DNA of 64,000 nt from the human T2T-CHM13v2.0 reference genome, Homo sapiens: assembly GCF_009914755.1 (NCBI RefSeq), contig NC_060927.1. The stretch is one strand, 5' to 3'. The notes under the pieces are model-generated. The model saw nothing but the letters and a program-made list of their open reading frames with translations. It made no database searches and was not told where the DNA came from. Position numbers and translations under genes: made by a program. Positions 1 to 15,642 of this stretch are shown here, one piece after another; within the stretch, counting starts at the first letter, position 1, and the number at the start of each line of letters is the position of its first letter.

Positions 1-348
1 AAACTTGACTCCCACTGCAACGGTTTTGAGAGGTGGGACCTTTAAGAGGTGATTAAGTAATGAAGGCTTTGTTCTCATTAATAGATTCATGTTATTTCAG
101 GAATGGGTTCATTATTGTAGGAGTGGGTTTCTTATTTAAAAAAAAGTCCAACCCTCCTCTTGCTCTCTTATTCTCTCTTGTCCTTCTACCTTCCACCGTG
201 GGATGACACAGCAAGAAGGCCCTGGCAAGAAGCCAGCCCTTGAACTTGGACTTCCCAGCCTCCAGAACTGTAAGAAATAAGTCTCTATTCTTTATAAATT
301 ACCTGGTTTGTGATATTCTTTTACAGCAGCATAAAATAGGCTAAGACA
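1..348 (+). mobile_element. ERVL-MaLR solo LTR (MST/MLT1A-like), left end outside window
   Basis: MaLR motifs ggtgggacctttaagaggtgatta and ttggacttcccagcctccagaactgtaagaaataa; ends in ctaagaca. Confidence 0.8.
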
Positions 349-1199
349 GGGTCTTCAGGCTATTCCAACACAGATACTGCCTCTAGTCAAAAATGGCCAG
401 ACCCTCAGGCCTGGGTACTCCTCATCAATACAGAGAAATGAAACCTGGTCAAGAGAAGAGGCCACTGCTGTCCCAAAGCGCAGCCCATAGAATTACTCCC
501 CAGACACAGGTACCATCTGGATTATCCAGTCTTTGTAAGAACCTGAACTGGTAGTTCTGTGTAAGAAACCTTCAAGGGAAGCCATGAGGGACTCCTCCAT
601 CCTTCTTCATCTGCAGCAGGGGGTCATGTGTACTTTACAGAGTATGGTAAAGAATCCCACTGCTGCATCAATCAGTGGGCAAAGAGCCCATCATGACCCA
701 TCAGTGTCCCTGCTTCCTCAGGTTGAAGTTCTATGACCACGTTTGTGGGGCTGACAGTTTCTGAAGTTAAGAATCTGACACATTTGTGCATCTGTCCTAC
801 TTCTTCCATCTGTCTTCTCCTCTGCCACCCAACCCTTCTACTCAGAGTTGGGATATCAGTAGCCTCTTCTGCCTAGGAAGGGACTAGTCCTGGACTTCCT
901 TGTCATCACTGTCCCCACACCCACCCAATACACAACTCCAAAAGTAGCTCCTCAGGAAACGTCACTTCAGGCCTCAACCTCACACTGCAGAGCTTTTGGA
1001 GTGAGGCAGTTAAGGGACAGCTTTAAGTGGCTCTAAGTGCAAACAGAAGAAAGAAATCATCCCTGGCTTCAATGAGGTTCCAGTTTAATGGGGGAAGATG
1101 AGGTCCACGAACACATATGAAAGCAGGAAATCACCAAGAGAGCATCATTCCTTGTGTGATAATGGGTTTAAACACCTCGTGGCTGCACTAACACATTAA

Positions 1200-2617
<1,418 letters not shown>

Positions 2618-2971
2618 AGTCATGCCTGGTAGAATGTCATGTCATGTTAGCCACATTGATGGGAGTTACATTCTTTTCTGGGGAAGGGGACTGAATTTTT
2701 CATAGAAACAATAACGTAAGAGATGGTTACACTATTGATCAAGGTCCTAATGCCCACCTTTTAAAGAAACATGATCAAACCCCATATTTAACTACAAGTT
2801 ATATATCAAGCAATATAGAGCTCTCTAAAATACATGTACTTTCATTAAAAAAAGAAAAATAATAATGAAGCATATGTAAATATAATTTGATATATATATC
2901 ATAATTCATTGTTCAAAGTTATTATATCAAAAGCAGAATGATCATCTTCATTAAAAACACGGAATTCATAA

Positions 2972-3321
<350 letters not shown>

Positions 3322-3376
3322 CTATGGAGGAAACTACAGGTTACTTGCCCTTTTGAAACATCTATTAAGAAATGTT

Positions 3377-5797
3377 GGTAGGGAGAGTGTTAGAAAGTAG
3401 CAGGGCATGGAGATACACCTGTGGTGTCCAGGAGGGCAGCATGGAGCCACCCAACCTCTGCAGATCTATCTCCCCTGCCAAGATTGTCTGGAGTCAGGAG
3501 AGACTTCTTGTTGCAAGGAAAAGATAAGCAGAAGATCCCCACCGGTCCCCACTGGCATTGCAAACACCTACAGTCCTTACAACAGGAGAATCCCACAGTC
3601 CTTACAAGTCCTGGGCCCAGTTTGGAGAGCCACTGGAATTCACACAGCCACATTGCCCTGAATTCGGAGCACAAAGTATGCACTTCCCATCTCTCCCATC
3701 CCTTGTGAGCCAAGCTGCTGCAGCAAGGCACAATCTTGAGACCTCAGCCACCTCTGGATTGCATCCTGCTCTGGGGGCCAGTAAGTACTGCACCTTCCAG
3801 CACTGGAGCTCCATTTTCCTTACACCAAGCTTATGTGGGTGGCTGTAGCCACAACCCCAGTTGCATGGGCCCAAGATCAGCTGTGACTCTGGTCCTGTAC
3901 AGCAGGGAAACCAACCCCTGCCATTGCACTTCCAGCCAGAGGAACAATCTGCCAGTTCTGCCTGGGGAAAACCCACCCTTGAGCCAGCCAAATGGTTGCA
4001 TGCCCTCCTCTAAATAGGAGAGGCCCCTGAGCCTTCAAGCAGTTGATATGCCCCTGCACCAGCAAAGTGGCTATGCATCCACACTCAGGACCTGAGAAAC
4101 AGCTCCATAATAGCATCCCCCCTTTGCAGGCATGTCCCTGGCCTGCCTAGTGGCCCTGTACCACCCCCACCCCCAAAAAAGGGCCTGAGAAACCCACAGG
4201 ACATTCCTGGCAGGTATGCCCTTATGCCAGCTGAGCAGCTTTGCACCTGGGTCCCAAACCTAAGAAACAACGCTGTGGACCACCCTCAGCAGATATTCTC
4301 CCAGGCTGGCTGAGCAGCTGTCTGTCCACGTCCCAGCCTGAGATATAGCCCTGTGGGCCACCTCTGGCAGGCATGCCACCACACCAGTTGAGCAGTCTTG
4401 CACCTGCATCCTGGGCCTAATAAGCAGCTGCATGGGCTGCCCCTGGCAGACACATCACCAGGCTGGCTGAGCAGCTATAAGCCCATGTCCTGAGATGAAG
4501 AAAGAGCCCCATGGGCCATCCCCAGCAGACATGCCCCCCAGCCAAGCAGGCAACCATGCAGCTGTGTCACAAGCATAAGAAACAGACCTGTAGGTAGTCC
4601 CCAGCAAACACAACCTGAGTCCAGCCAAGTGGACTTCTGTCCGCATCCTGTCCTGAGTCTGAAAAGCAGCCCCACAGACCACTCCTGACAGGCACACTAG
4701 GTTGGCCAAACATCTGCATGCTCATGCTCCTGGCCAAAATAACAGCCCTGGGCTCCCAAACCCAGCAAGCTAGACCCAAATTTGGTCAATCCATCATTTA
4801 CATTTATATCCTCCAACCTTAGAAAGAGCCCAGCAAGCCCAGCCTAGCAAAGCTGCACCACTGTCACCACAAACTCTTTCAGCCTAGGTCACTGAGAAAT
4901 CACAAATGCCACTAGTGTGGATTACAGGTGAAGAAACTACACAGAGACTACACTAATGCATCCACCTAGAACCCAGGCAAATGCACCCCACTGAACCGAC
5001 ATCACAAGACACATTCATATAAGTCTTTCTCTACAAAGCCTACTTCATAAAATTGGAAGAGGCAACTTTTCCACCAGATGCATAGAAATCAATGTAGAAA
5101 CACAACCATAAAAAAATCAGAAAATATGTTACCTCCCAAGAAAGATAGTAATTATCCAGTAACAGAATCCAATCATAAGGAAATATATGAAATGCCAGAA
5201 AAACAATTCGAAATAATAATCTTAAGGAAAATCAGTGAGATAATCTGATGAAATCAGGAAAATAATTGAAGATTTGAATGAGAAATTCAACAAAGAGATG
5301 GATATCATTTAAAAAGAACTAAAAGGAAATCAATTAATGCAATAAAAATTAGCAGAAAACTTCCTAAGTCTTAGGGGAGAGATGGACATTCAGGTCTAGA
5401 AAGCTCAAAGAACCCCAAATAGATTAAACCCAAACAGGTCCTCACTAAGGCACATTATAATCAAATTGTCAAAAGTCAAAGACAAAGAAAGAATTTTGAA
5501 AGCATCAAGAGAAAAGCACCAAGTTACATATAAGGGAATCTCTATTAGACTAACAGGAGATTTCTCAAAAGGAATCTTACAGGCCAGGAAAGAATAGAAT
5601 TTAAACTATTGAAAGAAAGAAGGGAAAAACTCTGTCAGCCAAGAATACTATACCCAGCAAAGCTAACCTTCAGAAATGAAGAAGAAATAAAATATTTCAC
5701 AGACAAGCAAAAAGTAAAGGAATTCATCACCACTAAACTGGCCTTACAAGAAATGCTCAAGGGATTCTTACATCTGGAAATGAAAAGATGAAAAACA

Positions 5798-5847
<50 letters not shown>

Positions 5848-7850
5848 ACTCTACCAAAAAACTTAGAACTGATAAACAAATTTAGTAAAGTTACAGGATA
5901 CAAAATTAATATACAAAAATGAGTAGCATTTCTACACACAAGCAACAAACTAGCTGAAAAGAAATCAAGAAAGCAAATCCGATTTACAATAGCTACTAAA
6001 AAAAAATAGGAATAAATTTAACCAAGGAGGTGAAAGACCTCTACAAGAAAAACTACAAAACACTGATGAAAGAGATTGAAGAGGATACAAACAAGTGGAA
6101 ACGCATCCTATGCCCATGGATCAGAAGAATTAATATTGTTAAAATGACAATATTATCCAAAGAATACCAATGAAATTCTTCACATAAATAGAAAAAAAAT
6201 CCTAAACTTTGTATGGAACAATGAAAGGCCCTAAATAGCCAAAGCAGTCCCGACCAAAAATGACAAAGCTGGGGGTATCACACTACTAGACCTCAAAATA
6301 TACTACAAAGCTGTAGTAACCCAAACAGCATGGTATTAGCATAAAAACAGACACATAGACCAACGGAACAAATAGAGAACCCAGAAATTAATCCACATAG
6401 GTACAGCCAATTGATTTTCAGCAAAGGTACCAAGAACATCTTTGGGAAAAGGATACTCTCTTGAATAGATGGTGCTGGGAAAACTGGATATCCAAATGCA
6501 GAAGAATAAGACTAGACCCCCCACCGCTCATCCTATACAAAAATCAACTCAAAATGGATCAAAGACCTAAATGTAAGACCTGAAATGATAAAATTACTAG
6601 AAGAAAACATAAGGAAAATGCCTCAGAACATTGGTCTGGGAAAATATTTTATGAATAAGACCTCAAAAGCACAGGGAACAGAAGCAAAAATAAACAAATA
6701 GTATTATATCAAATGAAAATGTTTCTGCATAGCAAGGGAAGCAAATAAAACAAATAGTGAAAAAACCTACAGGATGGGAGAAAATATTTGCAAACTATTC
6801 ACCTGACAGGGGATTAATATCCAGAATATACAAGGAACTCAATTCAACAGCAGAAAAACAATCTGATTAGAAAATGGGCAAATGATATGAACAGACATTT
6901 CTCAAAAGAAGAAATATAAATTGCCAACAAATATATGGAAAACTGCCCAACATCACTAATCATCAGGGAAATACAAATCAAAACCACAATGAGGTATCAT
7001 CTTATCCCAGTTAGAATGGCTATTTTCAAAAAGACAAACAACAAATGCTGGCAAGGATGAGGAGAAAAGGAAACTCATATACTCTTGGTGGGAATATAAA
7101 CTAGTATAGCAACTATGAAAACCAATATAGAGGTTCTTCCAAAACTAAAAATAAAACAGCCATATGATCCAGCAATTCTACTACTGGAAATTTATCCAAA
7201 GGAAAAAAGGAAATCATCGAAGAGACGTCTGTATCCCCATGTCTACTGCAGCACTATTTACAATAGCCAAGAAATGGGATCAATGTAGGTATCCAACAGA
7301 AGATGAATGGATAAATAAAATGTTGTATAGATACACAATGGAATACTATTCAGCCATAAAAAAGAATGAATCCTGCCATTTGCGGCAACACGGATAGAAC
7401 TGGAGGACATTATATTAAGTGAGATAAGCCAGGAACAGAAAGTTAGACATGGTGTGTTCTCATTCATATGTGAAAGCTAAAAAATATTGATCTCAAAGAA
7501 GTAAAAAAGTAGAACAGAGCATACTAGAGGCTGGGAAGGGTAGGAAGAAGGGTGGGATAGGGACAGATTTCTAAAGGATACAAAATTACAGCTAGATAAG
7601 AAGAAGAAGTTCTACTGTTCTATACCATGGTAGGATGACTATAGTTAACAATAATATATTATATAGTTTCAAATAGGTAGAAGAGGATATTGAATGTTTC
7701 AAACATAAAGAAATGATAAATGTTTGCAATGATGGATATGCTAATTGCCCAGATCTGATCACCATATATTAATTATATCAAAACATCACCATGTACTCCA
7801 TGAATATGCACAACTATTATTTGTAAATTTTTTAAAATTAAATTAAATTT
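3377..7850 (+). mobile_element. Old L1 (L1MA1-3-like) with 5' region, ORF1 remnant, internally deleted ORF2 and 3' UTR
   Basis: ORF1 C-terminal remnant (QPRILYPAKLTF, 5609-5791); ORF2 3' half 5845-7460; L1MA-type 3' UTR; candidate TSD aagaaatgtt (3367-3376) / aaaaaatgtt (7851-7860). Confidence 0.8.
5801..5844. repeat. (TA)22 microsatellite
   Basis: Perfect dinucleotide run. Confidence 0.98.
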
Positions 7851-9490
7851 AAAAAATGTTTACAACTTGCTAAGGAGTCCTGTATTACCTATGAGTGTCC
7901 CATTGGCTCAGACTTTAAGGGACTCACAAAGAAGGGCATGAGTTCTAGACTGCCTTTGCACTGACCAGATGTATCTCAAGAGCTTTGCTCACATGGCCCC
8001 AATGATGCAAAGAAAGGAATACTGGGTGAGTCCTATGGTGTCATGTGCCCCTAGGCTTTAAAACTGAAGTTTTATCTCATTTTTATTTACTTCTTTTCCT
8101 CACTGCAAATGTTCCCGTCACAGCATAAAGTAGGTGACTAAACAAAGAGGGCTTCTGGCATAGCCCACTCACCAGTACCAGAGGCACTACTTTCATCCTG
8201 ACTTTTGGCCAGGCAGATGTGTCTTTAAAATAGAAGGGACTTGCATTATTTTGTGCATCCTTTGATCTTCTACCTATGGTGCTTCACAGTGTGAAAAGCC
8301 TTAAGGCTTTCCTTTAAAGAACGCCTTGCTCATATGTTCAGTGTTCGCTTTGGTCCAGCCTCCCACAAATCCTAAAATAAAGCCCCCATCTGAGCCACAT
8401 ATGCTGTGTTTTCTTTCAGGCAGTAGCAGGACACTGCTTTTCCCTTTATCAGCCATATTAGAGTCCAACCTTATAGTCACTTTTAAAAAAATTCCTTTAA
8501 TGTTATGGGATTTATTTCCTTAACAAAACAGCAGGCCCTACATACTTCGATATGTCTTTCAAAGTAATCTAAGAAGCTATTCCCTCAAGTCAATGATGGG
8601 GTCATAGTTCAAAGCAGGTTTAGCACCATGGGGGAAATTATCAGTATTATTTTTTTGAAATCACAGACCACACTTCCTGTTATTAATTCATGCCTCCCCA
8701 GGTCCACCACCCACCAACCTTCTCACTTTCTTTGTTTCACTGGTATTGGTTTTGGCCCTGCCAGCCTCCTCTGCACTGAGAGTTAACTGACACCCTCACC
8801 CCAGGCTGATGTTAGCTGAGGACCCCTGAAGTACTGTAGTAGTTAGACCCTAAGGAGGGGGTCAAGGGTAGCAGCGGGAAACCACCTTCCTCACTGCTAA
8901 AGCTGCAGAAAGCAATGGAAACACCCTAAGCCCCAAATTACACATATGAAATCCCAAACGATCACCCACATTTTGGAATATTATTTAGAATATTTACTAT
9001 TGTACAGCTGCCCAAAGAAGGCACTGTCTTTGTTAAACAGGCTCACTCTACACCTATTATCACACAGGATTTCTCACCAAACAGAGTGCAGGTGACCAGG
9101 TTATGGATAGTGTTCTGGCAGCTGCTCAGTCCCACAGAACTAGCTATGGTTATGGGTCCAGGTAACACAAAGTTCCACCTGTGTTCCATCCCCAACAATG
9201 CCTGCTTGCCAAGGAACCATGGAGTCAAAGGAGAAATCAAAACCAGAGTTAGTCAGAGCAGCATCCTGGAGCAGCAGGAGGAGAAAGTTTTCAGCCAGCT
9301 TGGAAGGATGGAGTACCACAGCGTGCAGTGTGAACAGTTTCTAGCAGCAGCCAGGGCAACCCGCAGGCCCTTAATCTTGTTTCCTGGCTAGTTCCAATGA
9401 TGATTTCCACCACCTTCGCCAGTTCAAGAATTCTGACCAGCTAAGCCAAAATCAACAGACAATGCTACAGCATACTGCCTTCACTCTTAC

Positions 9491-9550
9491 CTGCTTGGGC
9501 AGCTGGCCAGGTGCCATCTCACCTTGGGGGCAGCAGTCTCTTCTGGGCAC
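9491..9550 (-). other. MYLK: Candidate 60-nt alternative exon containing an in-frame ATG (MAPGQLPKQ)
   Basis: Minus strand: acceptor gtgtgtctttctag|GTGCCC, donor AAGCAG|gtaaga; 20 open codons; GAGATGG Kozak context. Confidence 0.5.
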
Positions 9551-9642
9551 CTAGAAAGACACACAGCTCCCCTCTCTGCAGCCTCCCCAGGGTGGACTGA
9601 GGAGGAATGGTCAACAGCATAATGTAAACTCTGTTCACTCAC

Positions 9643-9765
9643 CACCGTCTTCTCTGTTGTTTGTTGTGGCAACTGGGCCAGTGGGACAGGAAAGGCGTCC
9701 TGAAGCTCTCGGCTGGGAAGCTCCTGAAGTTGCTCTGAACTGCAGCAGAGGCAGCCGGGAGCCAC
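9643..9765 (-). other. MYLK: MYLK 5'-UTR exon (exon 3 of the long isoform), 123 nt
   Basis: Acceptor ctttcctttcctccttcccacccacccag|GTGGCTCCCGG; donor GAAGACGGTG|gtgagt; recognised from memory as the sequence preceding ACCATGGGGGAT (MGDVKL...) in MYLK mRNA. Confidence 0.85.
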
Positions 9766-10599
9766 CTGGGTGGGTGGGAAGGAGGAAAGGAAAGCCAAAT
9801 CAGAGACAGACACGCAAAAGGGATGTGGGAGCGGCTGGGAGGAGTACATCACTCTGGGACAGGCTATGTAGAAATAGGGAAGCATCCCAACAGTGACGAT
9901 GGGTGGCTTTTATTACCGTGTGGGGGGGTTATACGTTTAGAGTTCAGGAACAATAGTTACAAGGAGAACCAGAACGAGGTACTTTCTTCCCCCACAGAGG
10001 ACAGACGCAGAACCATGACGGTGGTACTCAGGGTAGATTGCAGGGTCTAGGGAGAGGCCCTGGCAGGGGTGAGGGAGGAAGGCCATGGGAGCTGCCTTCC
10101 TGCAGGTGAAAGGCAGTGCAGGTAGGTGGCTGTTGGGGCATTCTGGAGGGAGCTGGCTCCTGGCTATCAGGGATCTGGCTTCGGTGACATGGCCAGGGGA
10201 ATAAAGGGCTGACAGGGCAGGAAAAGAAACACCAACACACTGGGAAAGCACTGTGCTTCTAGAGGAGTGTCTCTCCTACCTTCACTGTCCCAGGGCTGGG
10301 CTGATATGCTCTGTTCCCCCAGCACCACACCAAGGTGGAACACGGGACCCCCGACTCAGCCTGGCCCAGGCTCCTGAAGTTCCCCCTTCTCCTCCCTTCA
10401 GACACTTTTGTTTTCCTCTGAGGGAAAATCTCACTTCTTAAGAGGGAAATAAATACCTACAGTAAGTAGCAATTCCATTTCCTCAGAGGGACAAATAACT
10501 TATTTCAGAGCCCTCCATAAGCTACCCATCCAGATGGTGTGTTAATTTGAAAAGGATAGTTTGAAAATCCAAAGGAAATCAAGCCCTCACAATGGCATT

Positions 10600-10979
10600 T
10601 GCTGTTTTTGAATGTTTTCTGTTCCCTCCCAAAATTTATGTTGAATCTTAATCCCTGATGCAACAGTGTTAAGAGGTAGGACCTTTAGGAGGTGATTAAG
10701 TCAAGAGGGCAGAGCCCTGGAGAATAGGATCAGCAACCTTATAAAGGGGCTGGAGCGAACTGGTGAGGCCCTTTTTTGCTCTTCTGTCTTCTGCCAAGTG
10801 AGGACAAAGCAACTTGGCACCATCTTGGAAGCAGAAAACAGCTCTCACAAGACACCAAATCTGCTGGTGTCTTGATCTTGGACTTCCATTTTCCAGAACT
10901 GTGAGGAAAAAAAATTCTACTATTTGTAAATCACCCAGCCTCAGGTATTTTGTCATAGCAGCACAGATAGACTAAGACA
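10600..10979 (+). mobile_element. MLT1A-type solo LTR
   Basis: TG...CA termini, 380 bp, 5-bp TSD gcatt on both sides. Confidence 0.88.
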
Positions 10980-12083
10980 GCATTTCAGCAGGGGACTTCC
11001 ACACTGAAAACGTCCTTACACAATCCCTTAATAAATCACAAAGGAGAGAGAGAGGGTGGAAACCCTGAGTTTAGGGTTGTGGCTTCCCCTGACACTTTGA
11101 GGGACACTTTGAAAAGGAAACGGGAGAGACGGGGCTCTCAAAGAAGGGGCAGGATGAGGTGGAATTCCCACCCCATTACAGTCCCACAGCCAGGTGCTCT
11201 TTTCCACCTGGACAGGAAGTGTCAGCAGAAAGTTCATTTCAGGAATGCCAGCCTTGTCTGCACCCAGTTGCTCCCTGTAATCTGTTTGGCCACAGGACCA
11301 AATGAGAGCTCAAGCAGAACAGGTGTTTCTATAAGGAATGGTTTCCACATGTCTCATAAGCTAATCCAGGCAATCCCAGCAGGACTTCTCTTGACCTTGA
11401 AGAGAAAGGTCAAGCTCAGGACATCTGCTGCCACCCCCCTCAATGTATATCCATCTCTGGTGAAGGTTTAGGGATACCTATTGCTTCTTAGTTCCTTAAC
11501 CTTGACCCCACCTCCAGTGAGCACACCTGGCCCTTCATTCTCAGCAGCCCCCTTCTGCTTTCTACCAGCCAGAGGAGCCTCCAAACCTGCTGCTCTCCCT
11601 ATCCTCAGTTCCCTACCCTGCCCATGCACACGGGAGGCCCCTGGGTGCTCTGTCATTTCCATTCTTTTGCCCAGCTGATTAGGCCACATCTGGCTATTAT
11701 TTCACAACTCACATGCACCACAGACATTTAATACTCTCCTGCTTCTCAAATAATTAGAAGCCACTCACAAGAAAACAAAAAATAAAGCTGTTAATTATGT
11801 AAAAATTAAAACTATATAAAAGCTGATAATATGGGTGAAATGATTTTCTAAGCTAATTTTTCAACCCTATCAGGCATTACATCTATCCCCGAGTTCCCTG
11901 ACACTCATGGCAAAAAAGGAAACAGGAGAGGTCACACAATTCTCCTTGTCAAATGAGGACACGAAGCCACTTCATCAGGTAACAGGGCCCTCCAGTGCTA
12001 ATCTCCAAAAGGTCTCTCTCCAGAGAGAGGACTGAACAACACTGGACAATTGTCCACTGAACAATGGACAATTCTACCAATAG

Positions 12084-12439
<356 letters not shown>

Positions 12440-13202
12440 TCAGAGTTTGGTAACTTTTTAATATCAACATTTGATAAAAAGGAAAATAATAAAATATGTC
12501 TTGGGATTTTTGCAGGGATCTAAAGCAAAGGTCTGGACAGGTAATTTAATAAAGGTCTTGGTGGTTCTCAGTGGAAAGTTGAGTTGCCCTCATCACCCAT
12601 CCTGGAGGTGGGGGTGCAGGTGGGTAAAGGTGGTGCAGGCAGGTTGCACGGGGTTAAGGGTTAGGGGGATTGAGGGAGCATTGGGATGCGCAGTGGGATT
12701 ATTGACTGTCACAACGACTTGAGAACAAGGGAAAGGAGCTGAATGTCCTACATTAAATAGAATGCTCATTATAAAGAGCATTATAAAGCATTTTGTCTTG
12801 CCTAAAATGCTAATAGCACCACTGGAGAGAAACACTGGAAGGGAAATGAGTAATTAGCATGACTCTTCTAGTGCCTCCTCTAAAATACCAATTAAGTCTT
12901 TACAGGGAGTTGATGGCAGTGACCACAAGAATGTCTGCTCCGGGAAGTAGAGATGAAGGAGGATGCCAGGTTTCTGATGTGTCAGCTCTGCTGGTGGTAA
13001 AATGCATATTGTCTTATGAGGCATAACGAGCCTGAAGGGTATTGTTGGCTGGACAGAGAGCTGGGCAATGGTGCACTATAAGCATGCCCATGGAAAGGAA
13101 CATAGCTCTCCTTTTATTTCTTTATATGTCTAAATGAAGACACAACTGGAACACAAAAACTACACATCAATCCATCATAGGAGAAACTATTTTAGGATAG
13201 AG

Positions 13203-13381
13203 CAGTGTTTCTCAAAGTGTGGTCCCTAATTAGCATCACCTGGGAACTTGTTAGAAATGCAGATTATTGGGTCCTACCCCAGACCTGCTGAATCAGAAAC
13301 TCTGGGTGTGGGGCTGAGAAACCTGCGTATTGACAAGTCCTCCAGGTGACTCTGATGCAGGCTCAAGGTTGAGAACCACTG
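13203..13381. mobile_element. MER5A (hAT-Charlie MITE)
   Basis: TIRs cagtgtttctcaa / ttgagaaccactg; core agcatcacctgggaacttgttagaaatgcaga; flanked by gtctagaa. Confidence 0.9.
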
Positions 13382-13692
13382 GTCTAGAAAGCCTGAGGTT
13401 CAATATGGCAATCAGTCACAAGAGAGATTTTAGAAATCCTGCTTCATCCCTGTGTAGAGTTTCTATTAGGCTCAGAGACGGAGGGGAATATTTGAATATG
13501 TCTGTGGCAGGCAACTGATCAGGGGTGGAAGACCTGAAGACAGAAGACCCCAGGGATGAGAAATAAGGACAAAGAGTAAATTATCAAGGGCCAATCTGAG
13601 CCTCAAGTTTAATTAACCATCCTAGGAAGATTTTGTTTTAATTTAACTTGTATTCCTGTTTGAATAGCAAATACAGTTATATGGTTTGAAAT

Positions 13693-14333
13693 TGTTTGGG
13701 GGCTCAGAAAACAATACCCCAAAATGAAGACTTCAGAAGCAGCCTCAGAAGCAAAAGTTTCTCTCTGACCTTCTTCTTCCCTCCTGTCTCTGGCCACTCA
13801 TTCTCCTCCAAGGACACCAGAATCCCTCTTCCCCAAGGCAGGTTATAGAAACCAGAATCCCTTTTCCTTAAAGCCAGCCAGGAAACCTAAAAATATTATT
13901 CTAACTTCTCCCCCTGGCCTTTCTGTGTAAAAACTGGCCATAAAGAAATTATCTGACCTACCTTGTTTGACTGTAGGTCATAAGAGCCCCATTCCAGAGA
14001 GAGTCTTGCCCCATCAGAAGGAAGAAATGCTGCACAGAGAGGAGGAATACAAACAGAAAGGCCTTGCTGAGTTTCCCTACTCAGTCTATTAGCATTAGAT
14101 TATACCCTTTTTGTCCAATCATATTTTTACACAGTTGTCCACAGTTTATTGAACCTAAGCATAAAAATGAACGTTTCCTTTGTATCTTTGGGTCTTCATT
14201 CGAAGGCTCCCATGTCATGGAAAACTATGATCAAATAAATTTATGTGCCTCTTCTACTATTAATCCACCTTTTGTCATTTGATGTTTAGTGAACCTTCAG
14301 AGGGCAAAGGAGAAGTTTTCCCTTGCCCCTTCA
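13693..14333 (+). mobile_element. MER39B-like ERV1 solo LTR
   Basis: Starts tgtttgggggctcagaaaacaataccccaaaatgaag; ends agggcaaaggagaagttttcccttgccccttca. Confidence 0.8.
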
Positions 14334-15137
14334 ACTGAAAAGATACAAAAGTATATAGTGAAATGTCTTTCACCCACACCTGCTTCTAGGTACCCAGCTC
14401 CTAGGTATCCAGCACCAACTTCTCTTCCAGAATCAGCCATGTAATCACATCTTCTAGAGATATGTTTTGAAAATACATGTATATTTTTATACCCACTTTT
14501 TCTTAAATACAAATAATAACATATTATACACACTCTTCTACACCTTGCTTTATTTTGCTTAATATATTTTGGGGGTTATGCCATACCAGAAACATCAAGA
14601 AACACTTAGAAGTGTTCTGAGTGTCTGGAAACATACAACACTCCAGGGCATGGGTATCTTTCCTGCAGCTAAGGAGCACCTGGTAGGCTACCACATGATG
14701 TTTGTGGATTTCTTAGTGAACCTCCTGTAGGAAAGCTGTACTAAAATTCTCAGTTTGGAGAACTCTCCACAGGCCTACTTGTATTTTGTTTTATAACAGA
14801 AGGAGGTAATATGGAAACTCTCAGCCAGGTCATTAAAATTCAACAGTATCACTACCAGATAACACTAGTACCTGGTGGGTCAGGCGTCCAAGGACACATA
14901 GTAGAGAGGAGTTTGACCACTACGTAGAACTCAAAGCATCAGGATGACTTGGAACTTTTAAAATTTATAAGACTAATAACTATAAATTACAAAACACATG
15001 GAAACATAAAGACATGGACTAATTAAGAACACTTCCTACTTAATAGAGTCATTTTCCAACACTTAGAATCAAGTATGTAACACGGGACAAAATAATAATT
15101 CCTATCCTTCCACCAGCTTCAGTTATAGTAACATTTC

Positions 15138-15424
<287 letters not shown>

Positions 15425-15553
15425 TGTAACATTTCCTTCAGAATTATTTTTGTTCTATACACCCTTCAGCACCATCAGTAAGATGTCTTGCTCCTTCCTG
15501 ATTCTAACCAGAGTTTTATCAATGTAGCCTTTGAACATAAAAGATGAAGTTGT

Positions 15554-15642
15554 ATATATTATATATACATATTATATATAATTATATATTATATATATTA
15601 CATATAATATATAATTATATAATACATATTTTATATATATAT
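15554..15642. repeat. AT-rich low-complexity tract (TATA/TATAAT)
   Basis: Near-pure A/T degenerate repeat adjoining the tail of a minus-strand L1M fragment. Confidence 0.85.

Noticed and set aside
9487-9885. 132-aa minus-strand ORF as a standalone gene
   Set aside because: It is read-through of the stop-free exon 3 into flanking intron, crossing clear splice sites, with no recognisable domain.
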